Below are positions 23,929 through 31,215 of a stretch of 32,000 nt of DNA, in pieces. Location: the NCBI GenBank assembly GCA_030649345.1, contig JAUSKK010000040.1:1-32000 (forward strand). Reading direction: 5' to 3'. Origin of the DNA: Candidatus Iainarchaeum sp. GTDB lineage: Archaea > Iainarchaeota > Iainarchaeia > Iainarchaeales > 0-14-0-20-34-12. The notes under the pieces are model-generated. The model was given only the letters and a program-made list of their open reading frames with translations, was not told where the DNA came from and made no database searches. Position numbers and translations under genes: made by a program. The number at the start of each line of letters is the position of its first letter. Within the stretch, counting starts at the first letter, position 1.

Positions 23929-24730
23929 TTCTAGTTCTCCTGGAACTTCTACTGGCGCGCAAGGAACTGGTGTAAATGGCGTTCAAGATTGTGGTGCTGA
24001 TGGTGCTTGTTTTTCAGCTGCTGCTGCAAATTGTACTCCGGTTAAAGTTACTTTGACTTTTTCAGTGGATTTTTTAGGAATTTTGAGTACTACGACTAAT
24101 TATTTGGAATTAAGTAAAAAAGAAGGAATTACTTGCAAATATTATCAAAGAACTGAAAGTCAAGTTGTGAAACTAAGTGATGAAATCAAACAGCAGTTGT
24201 TAAGTTCTGGAAAAACTGAAGCAGAAATTGAACAACAAGAATCTGAATTGCAAACAAGTGCAAACCAAGTTATTGGCCTGGAAACTTCTTGTAGATTTGA
24301 AACCGCTAAATTGGTTGAATTGCTTAGAAATTGGCAAGCAGGAAATTTTTCAACTGATGATTTAAGTGAACCAAATTGTGTTGAAGGCAATGTTGATGTA
24401 TCTCTTGAACAAGTTCAGGCTGCTGCGGTTGCTGAAGAAAATAAGTGTTTGATTTCTTCAGATTGTTCAGAAGGCTTTCATTGTTTCAAAAAAGAATGCA
24501 TAAACAATGAAGTTATTGAAAGCAAATCAGCTTGTGAGGCAGAAGTTTGTACTGGAAGTACTTGTGAATTTAATGTCTGTCAACAAACTTGTCCAAATTG
24601 TGAAGACGGAAAACTTAGTTGCATGATGAGTAGTAATCCTGTAATTGATAAAAAATGCGTGGAATGTTTTATGGATTCTATGTGTGCTACTGGCTTTGAA
24701 TGTAAAGCCTACGAATGTGTAGCAAAATAA
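23864..24730 (+). CDS. Lipobox lipoprotein paralog B with an extra C-terminal Cys-rich module (about 20 Cys in 95 aa)
   Basis: MNLKKNNFLLIALIAIIVSGCTSS (start 23864 chosen by analogy with paralog A; the track ATG is at 23834). The C-terminal module begins and ends with C-x5-C-x5-C-x4-C units (CLISSDCSEGFHCFKKEC ... CFMDSMCATGFECKAYEC). Confidence 0.7.
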   Translation: MNLKKNNFLLIALIAIIVSGCTSSSPGTSTGAQGTGVNGVQDCGADGACFSAAAANCTPVKVTLTFSVDFLGILSTTTNYLELSKKEGITCKYYQRTESQVVKLSDEIKQQLLSSGKTEAEIEQQESELQTSANQVIGLETSCRFETAKLVELLRNWQAGNFSTDDLSEPNCVEGNVDVSLEQVQAAAVAEENKCLISSDCSEGFHCFKKECINNEVIESKSACEAEVCTGSTCEFNVCQQTCPNCEDGKLSCMMSSNPVIDKKCVECFMDSMCATGFECKAYECVAK

Positions 24731-24773
24731 GTTAGTGCAATTGCACTAACTTTTCTTTTTCTTCTTCTTTTTT
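24731..24773 (+). terminator. Perfect 20-nt palindrome GTTAGTGCAATTGCACTAAC followed by a T-rich run
   Basis: It starts 1 nt after the stop codon of 23864-24730 and is followed by TTTTCTTTTTCTTCTTCTTTTTT. Confidence 0.6.
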
Positions 24774-24797
24774 AAATTGTTTTGTTTGAATTAGTTT

Positions 24798-25982
24798 ATG
24801 TCTGATGAATCTTTGCACTTAAAAATCAGTCTGAAAACCCTTCAAATGGTTGGATGGATTGTAGGACTTTTAGTAGTTTTTGTTTTAATTCTTTTTGTGA
24901 TTGTTCCCAATCTGCCTCAACCTGTTTCTGCAGTTACTGACACAAATAATCCAGTGACTACTCCTTCCATTGAATTGATTTCAGTTACTTTAGATAATTG
25001 CACAAACTGTATTCCTCTTGCTGGCTTAATTTCTACAGTTAAACAACAAGTTGGAATTCCGGTGACTGAACGAATTGTTTCATTTGGATCCGATGAATCA
25101 AATACTTTAATTCAAGAATATGGAATTGAACGCTTGCCTTCAGTGGTTATTCGCGGAGACTTAAATTCTTTCCCTGAACTGGTTTCTGGTTTTATTCAAT
25201 CTGGTTTAGGCTACCAATCCAGTGACGGTTCTTTAGTATTCAAATCTCCGTTTCCAGTATATTATGAAATTGCTTCTGGAAAATTAACGGGTTTAGTTCA
25301 AATGACTAAAATTACTGTAAGTGATTGTACGGAATGCAGTCCTGGTTTAACTGAGCAAGATTTTTCAAGTTTATCTCCGCCGATTGCCTTTGAATCCATT
25401 CAAGAAATTTCAAGCACAAGTGCAGAAGGACAAGCTTTGCTGGCAAAATATAATATTCGAAAAATTCCAACAATTGTTTTATCTAAAGAAATTAAAGAAT
25501 ATCCACAATTCCAGAATTTTTTAAGTGTTGGAACAGTTGAACAAGATGGTTCATTTATTTTTAGAAATACGTTGCCGTACTTTTTTGACTTGGATCAAAA
25601 TAGAATTGTTGGAGGAGTTCAATTAATTTCAATTGTGGACTCGAATTGTTCAGAATGCATAACTCAAGATCGAATTTCTGTTCCTTTAATTGACAGATTG
25701 GGTTTGCAAATTAGTTCAACGCAAACTGTGGATTTGAATTCCAGTGAAGCTCAAGAATTGATTCAAAAATATTCTTTAACCAGTTTGCCTTCTGTTTTAT
25801 TTTCCGGTGACTTGAATGCCTATTTTTTGGTTGGACAATATTGGCCTCAATTGGGAAGACTTGCAGAAGATCAAATGCATATTTTTACTGAGTATTCTTT
25901 GCTGGAAGAAGGCTATTATAAAGACATTAATTCAGGTCAATTGATTCAAATTATTCCATCTGAACCAATTGTTCAGACTTAG
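24798..25982 (+). CDS. Membrane-anchored protein with three tandem thioredoxin-fold-like domains, each with a CxxC motif (predicted extracytoplasmic thiol-disulfide oxidoreductase)
   Basis: 394 aa with an N-terminal TM (VGWIVGLLVVFVLILFVIV) preceded by Lys residues. CTNC sits at Cys68/71, CTEC at Cys177/180 and CSEC at Cys284/287, about 108 aa apart. Each is followed about 45-55 aa later by a cis-Pro-like block (ERLPSVVI, RKIPTIVL, TSLPSVLF). Confidence 0.6.
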   Translation: MSDESLHLKISLKTLQMVGWIVGLLVVFVLILFVIVPNLPQPVSAVTDTNNPVTTPSIELISVTLDNCTNCIPLAGLISTVKQQVGIPVTERIVSFGSDESNTLIQEYGIERLPSVVIRGDLNSFPELVSGFIQSGLGYQSSDGSLVFKSPFPVYYEIASGKLTGLVQMTKITVSDCTECSPGLTEQDFSSLSPPIAFESIQEISSTSAEGQALLAKYNIRKIPTIVLSKEIKEYPQFQNFLSVGTVEQDGSFIFRNTLPYFFDLDQNRIVGGVQLISIVDSNCSECITQDRISVPLIDRLGLQISSTQTVDLNSSEAQELIQKYSLTSLPSVLFSGDLNAYFLVGQYWPQLGRLAEDQMHIFTEYSLLEEGYYKDINSGQLIQIIPSEPIVQT

Positions 25983-26064
25983 AGAAACCTTTAAAAAACA
26001 TTATTTGGTTATTTAATTATGCAAAGTGATTGATTTTATTGCTTTAAAATTTTGGGGCATTTTA

Positions 26065-26352
26065 ATGAAGTTTTCGTTGAAGGATATTTTGATAGTTGTT
26101 TTAGGAATTTTTTTAGTTTACGTACTGTTTGCTCGCAATTCTTTGAATAATTTAGGCCGAGTATTTGATCGCTTGACTACTAGTACGGGTTCTGGTTCAG
26201 AATTTTTGATTTTAATTGTTTTAGGTCTTGCTCTGCTTTGGTATTTTTTAGGAAACAAAAAATCTGGTGCAAAAGCCAGTGCAAGTCATGCTTCAAGCCA
26301 TGCGGACGCACACGCTCCAGCTCACGGCAATGCTCATAATGCCCATCATTAA
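26065..26352 (+). CDS. Small two-TM membrane protein with a His-rich C-terminal tail (putative metal-binding)
   Basis: ATG 26065 (the track start is GTG 26026). The tail is ASHASSHADAHAPAHGNAHNAHH. It lies directly upstream of the ArsR-type regulator and CopA. Confidence 0.5.
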   Translation: MKFSLKDILIVVLGIFLVYVLFARNSLNNLGRVFDRLTTSTGSGSEFLILIVLGLALLWYFLGNKKSGAKASASHASSHADAHAPAHGNAHNAHH

Positions 26353-26412
26353 GTTTCTTGGCTTGTTTTTTTAGCATTCTATTTTTAAATTGGTTTATTC
26401 ATTTTTTTGAAT

Positions 26413-26715
26413 ATGCAATTAACTGAATATACTCGTTTTTTGAAAACGTTGTCCAATCCCAAAAGTTTGAAGATTATTTTACTGCTTCGAAATGGGTCCA
26501 AAAGTGTTACAGAGATTTATCGAGAGTTAAAGTTTAATCAATCCACGACTTCCAGGCATTTGAATTGTTTGCAGTGCTGTGGTTTTGTTTTTGTAAAAGT
26601 TCAAGCCCAGAAGCGTATTTATTCTTTGAATCGAAAAACAATTCAGCCTTTAATGAATTTAATTGAGCAACATAATCGCAAGTATTGCAATGGAGTGTGC
26701 AATTGTCATGCTTAA
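26413..26715 (+). CDS. ArsR/SmtB-family wHTH metalloregulator with a Cys-rich C-terminus
   Basis: LKIILLLRNGSKSVTEIYRELKFNQSTTSRHLNCLQCCGFV HTH pattern. The C-terminus is YCNGVCNCHA. ATG 26413 is preferred over TTG 26407. Confidence 0.7.
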   Translation: MQLTEYTRFLKTLSNPKSLKIILLLRNGSKSVTEIYRELKFNQSTTSRHLNCLQCCGFVFVKVQAQKRIYSLNRKTIQPLMNLIEQHNRKYCNGVCNCHA

Positions 26716-26765
26716 ATCCATTGTTTTAAATAAGTTTAGTTCTTTAATTGGGGCATTTGATTGAT

Positions 26766-29186
26766 ATGGCTAAAGATCCTATTTGTGGAATGGACGTTAA
26801 TCCATTGAATGCGAAATTTCGTTTATTTAAGAATGGCAAATCGCATTTTTTTTGCAGTCAATCTTGCAAAGATCAATTTGAAGGAAAAACCAAAGAAGTA
26901 TCTCAGTCAACTGTTTCTTCTGTGCCTGTACAAAGTAAGGGTGAAACGCTTTCATTTGCCATTCAAGGAATGCATTGCGCTGGCTGTGCTGTAAAAATTG
27001 AAAAAAAATTAACTGAACTGTCTGGAGTATCCAAGGCTTCCGTGAATTATGGTTTAGAAAAAGCCTTTGTTGAATTTAATTCCAAACAAGTATCTGAACA
27101 CGATGTTAAAGCCATTGTAATTCAAGCAGGCTATAAAGTCATTGAAGAAAATATTCCGTCTAAAACTGAACTGGCTGGGCATCATGAAGTAAAAATTAGT
27201 GCTCAAGATTTAGCTAAACAAAAAGAAATCCAAGAACTCAAACTTAAGTTAATGGCAGGCACAGTTTTAACTTTATTGATTGTTTTAGGTTCTTTTCCTG
27301 AATTGTTTCCGTTTGCTGTATTTTTGAATAATAATTTTTTGCTTTTAATTTTAAGTTTGCCGGTGCAATTTTGGGTAGGCAGACAATTTTACCGCGGTTT
27401 TTGGATTTCACTGAAAAATCGCACTGCAGATATGGATTCATTAATTGCTATAGGCACCAGTGCAGCAATTTTGTATTCAGCTGCCGTAACTTTAGTTCCA
27501 GGTTTTTTTAGTTCTTCTGGTTTAGAGCCTATGGTTTACTTTGATACTGCTGCAGTTATTGTTACGTTGATTATTTTAGGCCGATTTTTGGAAGCCAATG
27601 CTAAATCAAAGACTTCGCAAGCTATCAAAAAATTAATGGGTTTGCAGGCCAAGACAGCTATTTTAGTTCAAGGTGGTTCAGAAACCGAAATTTCCATTGA
27701 ACAAGTTCAAGTTGGAGATATTTTGTTGGTGAAAGCTGGAGAAAAAATTCCAACCGATGGATTGGTGGTGCAAGGCGATGCGCGAGTTAATGAAAGCATG
27801 GTGACTGGAGAAAGTATGCCTGTTCATAAGAAAATCAATGATACCGTAATTGGTTCAACCATTAGCATGGATGGGTTGATTCAAATTCGTGCAACCAAGA
27901 TTGGAAAAGAAACTTTGTTGGCTCAAATTATTAAAATGGTGGAACAAGCGCAGGCTAGTAAAGCACCGATTCAAAAATTAGCCGATCAAGTTTCCAGTAT
28001 TTTTGTTCCAGTTGTAATTGTTATTGCTTTGTTGGCTTTTTTGGTTTGGTTTTTGGTTTTAGGAAAAAGTTTTGTTTTTGCTTTAACTGTTTTTATTACT
28101 GTTTTAATTATTGCCTGTCCGTGTGCTTTAGGCCTAGCTACGCCTACCGCAATTATGGTAGGTACTGGAAAAGGTGCAGAGAATGGAATTTTAATTAAAG
28201 GCGGAGAAGTTTTAGAAAAAGTGCATAATATTCAAGCCGTAGTTTTTGATAAAACTGGAACTCTCACTTCAGGAAATCCTACGGTCACAGATATTATTCC
28301 GTTTGCTGGAGAAAGTGAAGATCAAGTAATTCATTTTGTAGCTACAGTTGAGAAATCCAGCACTCATCCAATTGCAAAAGCTATTGTACAATACGCAGAA
28401 AGCAAGGGAAAAAAATTATTCCAGCCAGACGCAGTGAAAGTATTGGAAGGCAAAGGATTGTGGGCTAGTTATATGAAAAAAGATTTATTGGTTGGAAATA
28501 GAACTTTAATGAAAGAATTTAATGTAGATATTACTGGCTTGGAAAATGAATTGCAGGGATTGGAAAGTCAAGGAAAAACCATTGTATTGGTTGCATCCAA
28601 TCATAAATTAATGGCTGTTATCGGAATTGCAGATACTGTGACTGAATATGCTGTGCAGGCAGTCAAAGAATTGAAAGCCAATCATATTGAAGTATTTTTG
28701 TTGACTGGAGACAATGAAAGAACTGCTCAAGCCATTGCCAGCCAAGTTGGAATTGATAATGTTTTAGCCAATGTTTTACCTGGCGAAAAGGCTGCAAAAA
28801 TTAAAGAATTGCAAGCTCAAGGCAAAAAAGTATGTATGGTGGGTGATGGAATTAATGATGCTCCTGCTTTAGCTCAAGCCGATGTCGGAATTGCAATTGG
28901 TGCAGGCACTGATGTGGCTATTGAAGCTGGAGATATTGTTTTAGTCAAGAATGATGTCCGCGATGTAATTCGAGCCATTAAGTTAAGTAAATTGACTTTG
29001 AATAAAATTAAACAAAATTTGTTTTGGGCTTTTGGATACAATGTTGTATTAATTCCAGTAGCTGCCGGTATCTTGTATCCTTTTTACGGTGTGCTCTTAG
29101 ATCCAATGTGGGCTGCCGGCGCTATGGCTTTCAGTTCTGTGAGTGTGGTTTCCAATTCTTTGTTAATGACTAAATCCAAAATTTAA
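26766..29186 (+). CDS. copA: Copper-translocating P1B-type ATPase with N-terminal TRASH/YHS-like and HMA domains
   Basis: DPICGMDV...FFCSQSCKDQF (TRASH-like), GMHCAGCAVKIEKKL (HMA CxxC), TGES, CPC (IIACPCALGLATP), DKTGTLT and GDGINDAPAL. ATG 26766 is preferred over TTG 26748. Confidence 0.92.
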   Translation: MAKDPICGMDVNPLNAKFRLFKNGKSHFFCSQSCKDQFEGKTKEVSQSTVSSVPVQSKGETLSFAIQGMHCAGCAVKIEKKLTELSGVSKASVNYGLEKAFVEFNSKQVSEHDVKAIVIQAGYKVIEENIPSKTELAGHHEVKISAQDLAKQKEIQELKLKLMAGTVLTLLIVLGSFPELFPFAVFLNNNFLLLILSLPVQFWVGRQFYRGFWISLKNRTADMDSLIAIGTSAAILYSAAVTLVPGFFSSSGLEPMVYFDTAAVIVTLIILGRFLEANAKSKTSQAIKKLMGLQAKTAILVQGGSETEISIEQVQVGDILLVKAGEKIPTDGLVVQGDARVNESMVTGESMPVHKKINDTVIGSTISMDGLIQIRATKIGKETLLAQIIKMVEQAQASKAPIQKLADQVSSIFVPVVIVIALLAFLVWFLVLGKSFVFALTVFITVLIIACPCALGLATPTAIMVGTGKGAENGILIKGGEVLEKVHNIQAVVFDKTGTLTSGNPTVTDIIPFAGESEDQVIHFVATVEKSSTHPIAKAIVQYAESKGKKLFQPDAVKVLEGKGLWASYMKKDLLVGNRTLMKEFNVDITGLENELQGLESQGKTIVLVASNHKLMAVIGIADTVTEYAVQAVKELKANHIEVFLLTGDNERTAQAIASQVGIDNVLANVLPGEKAAKIKELQAQGKKVCMVGDGINDAPALAQADVGIAIGAGTDVAIEAGDIVLVKNDVRDVIRAIKLSKLTLNKIKQNLFWAFGYNVVLIPVAAGILYPFYGVLLDPMWAAGAMAFSSVSVVSNSLLMTKSKI

Positions 29187-29190
29187 GAAT

Positions 29191-30024
29191 ATGATCGGAT
29201 CTTTTTTTTCTTTAAATGGGCAATTATTACCCAAAGAACAAGCAGTTGTTTCCGTTGATCATATCGAATTCTCGTATGGTTTTGGAGTTTATGAATCTCT
29301 AAAAGTTCGGAATCGTATTTTGTATTTTCCTGAACTTCATATCGATCGTTTGTTTTTGTCTGCTCAAACTTTGAGTTTGCCATGTTTGTTTTCCAAAAAA
29401 CAAGTTTTAGATTTCTTGCACGAATTTATCAATTCCGTTTCTGAAGAATCTTTTAATATTAAAATGATTTTAATTGGAAAAAACCAAGGAAAAGAATCAG
29501 ACTTGTATATTTTTGCTTTAAATCCTTTGTATTTGCCTTCCAAGTCTTACACGCAAGGCATAAAAGTAATTACTTTTTTGGGAGAACGTCAATTCATTCA
29601 AGCTAAATCTTTGAACATGTTAATGAGTTATCTTGCATTCAAGCAAGCACGTGAACAAAAGGCACACGATGCTTTATTGGTAGATTCGCATAATTGTGTT
29701 TTGGAAGGAACGCGTACAAATTTCTTTTTTACGGATGGAATAACTATTTTTTCTCCTTCAGTAGAAAAAGTTTTGAATGGAGTTACTCGAATTACTTTAT
29801 TGGATGCTTTAAAGAAAAACAAAATTCCATTTAAAGAAAAAGACTTAAACGTAAATGAACTTTCTAATTATTCTGGTTTTTTTGTAACCAGTACTTCAGC
29901 CAATGTTTTGCCTGTTTCAGAAATTGATGGAAAAAAATTTAAAATTCCAGATATTGTAAAAAAAGTAATAAGCGCGTACGATCAACATTTGGAAGCGTAC
30001 GCGAAATCTGCTAAAAAAGTTTAA
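29191..30024 (+). CDS. Class IV (fold type IV) PLP-dependent aminotransferase (branched-chain/D-amino-acid aminotransferase or ADC-lyase family)
   Basis: 277 aa with AKSLNMLMSYLAFKQAREQKAHDALLVD (Lys block) and EGTRTNFFF. Substrate cannot be assigned from the sequence alone. Confidence 0.7.
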   Translation: MIGSFFSLNGQLLPKEQAVVSVDHIEFSYGFGVYESLKVRNRILYFPELHIDRLFLSAQTLSLPCLFSKKQVLDFLHEFINSVSEESFNIKMILIGKNQGKESDLYIFALNPLYLPSKSYTQGIKVITFLGERQFIQAKSLNMLMSYLAFKQAREQKAHDALLVDSHNCVLEGTRTNFFFTDGITIFSPSVEKVLNGVTRITLLDALKKNKIPFKEKDLNVNELSNYSGFFVTSTSANVLPVSEIDGKKFKIPDIVKKVISAYDQHLEAYAKSAKKV

Positions 30025-30060
30025 TCGATTGTTTTTTTGATAAAACTTTTCTTAAACGTT

Positions 30061-30435
30061 TTAACCTATTATGATTTTTTTCATGTCTGATTTTCGGATA
30101 ATGATTCTTAATTCTCCGCTGGCTTTTCCTTTAATCAATTGTCCTGTCTTGGGGGTTAATTTTTCATCCATGACTGTTGCATTGATTAAGCAATTGTATC
30201 CTTCTTTGGTTTTTTCAATTTTTCCGTGAGCATTATCTAAAGTATATTCTGCTGTGTGTTTGACTGGTTCCATTCTTCCTTTTTGTTTGGTTAAAACTAA
30301 ATTAAATTCTTTGAGTTTTCCTGAGCCTCCTTGAATGAGTCCAAAATCAATATTGTGTTCTTGTGCAATTTGTTTTAATGTGCTCACAATATCTTCATTG
30401 TCTTCAATGATTGCTGTTATTATAGTTGTTGCCAT
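30061..30435 (-). CDS. Hypothetical protein (weak resemblance to the PPC/DUF296 fold)
   Basis: 124-aa ORF with an ATG start. Only a loose pattern (IDFGLIQGGSGKLKEFNL...) supports the family guess. Confidence 0.4.
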   Translation of the reverse strand: MATTIITAIIEDNEDIVSTLKQIAQEHNIDFGLIQGGSGKLKEFNLVLTKQKGRMEPVKHTAEYTLDNAHGKIEKTKEGYNCLINATVMDEKLTPKTGQLIKGKASGELRIIIRKSDMKKIIIG

Positions 30436-30492
30436 TTTTACACCCCTGTTTTTAAAAATTTATAAGCCCCTTAAAGCTATTATATGATAGAA

Positions 30493-30558
30493 TAAATGTG
30501 TTGACTGAATAAAAAGCTTTGCTTGATATATTGAATTAAGAAGTAGTCAACACATTTA
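30493..30558. other. 14-bp perfect inverted repeat TAAATGTGTTGACT / AGTCAACACATTTA separated by 38 nt
   Basis: Arms at 30493-30506 and 30545-30558, in the spacer between the Lrp-family gene stop (30598) and the start of 30061-30435. Confidence 0.5.
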
Positions 30559-30597
30559 AAGCGCTATTTCCTTTTTAACTTTATTCAAAGCCTTGGT

Positions 30598-31050
30598 TTA
30601 AGGCTTGGCTACATCTTCTTTTAAAGACCTTAAAATAATCTGGGTTTCAGTATCTTCGATAAAGTCGTAGCTTTGAATTTTTTTCAAAAAAGAATCTAAG
30701 CCAGACCTGTTTTTGAATTTAGCAATCAATATTGCATCAATGGTTCCAGTGACATCGTAGACTGCCTGTACATTGGGTATTTTTGCAATTTTTTCTTCTA
30801 CTTGCACTAGTTTTCCTTTGGCAATTTTTAAGTGAATAATGGCTTGCAATTCAAATCCAAGCTTTTCATAGTCTAATAAAACAGTGTATTTGCGAATAAT
30901 GCCTTGTTTTTCCATTTTTCCGATTCTAGTCAATACTGTATTGGTGCTTAAGCCAAGCTTTTTGGCTAAAGCTCTAAAGGAAAGCCGGCTGTTCTCGGTT
31001 AATTCATTCAAAATCAATAAATCTGTTTTATCCAATTCCATTGTATGCAT
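30598..31050 (-). CDS. lrp: Lrp/AsnC-family transcriptional regulator
   Basis: 150 aa with an N-terminal HTH (LDKTDLLILNELTENSRLSFRALAKKLGLSTNTVLTRIGKMEKQGII) and a C-terminal RAM-like domain. Confidence 0.85.
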   Translation of the reverse strand: MHTMELDKTDLLILNELTENSRLSFRALAKKLGLSTNTVLTRIGKMEKQGIIRKYTVLLDYEKLGFELQAIIHLKIAKGKLVQVEEKIAKIPNVQAVYDVTGTIDAILIAKFKNRSGLDSFLKKIQSYDFIEDTETQIILRSLKEDVAKP

Positions 31051-31059
31051 AGCAACACT

Positions 31060-31130
31060 TGTTCAATTTTATCCAATAATAGTAACTTTTTTGAACATTT
31101 GTCTTTTAAATCGATTTATTTTGAACATTT
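31060..31130. promoter_or_regulatory. Repeated TTGAACA motif in the divergent lrp-glnA spacer: TTTTGAACATTT at 31089-31100 and 31119-31130 (30-nt spacing), plus an inverted TGTTCAA at 31060-31066
   Basis: Exact 12-mers read directly. They lie upstream of a TATA-like TTTATAT (about 31152-31158). Confidence 0.4.
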
Positions 31131-31215
31131 TTGCAATTTTTTCTTCATAATGTTTATATCTTTATTTTTCGTTTCTTTAATTATTGTTATTTTAGGGAAT
31201 TTTTTGGGTGATGGT

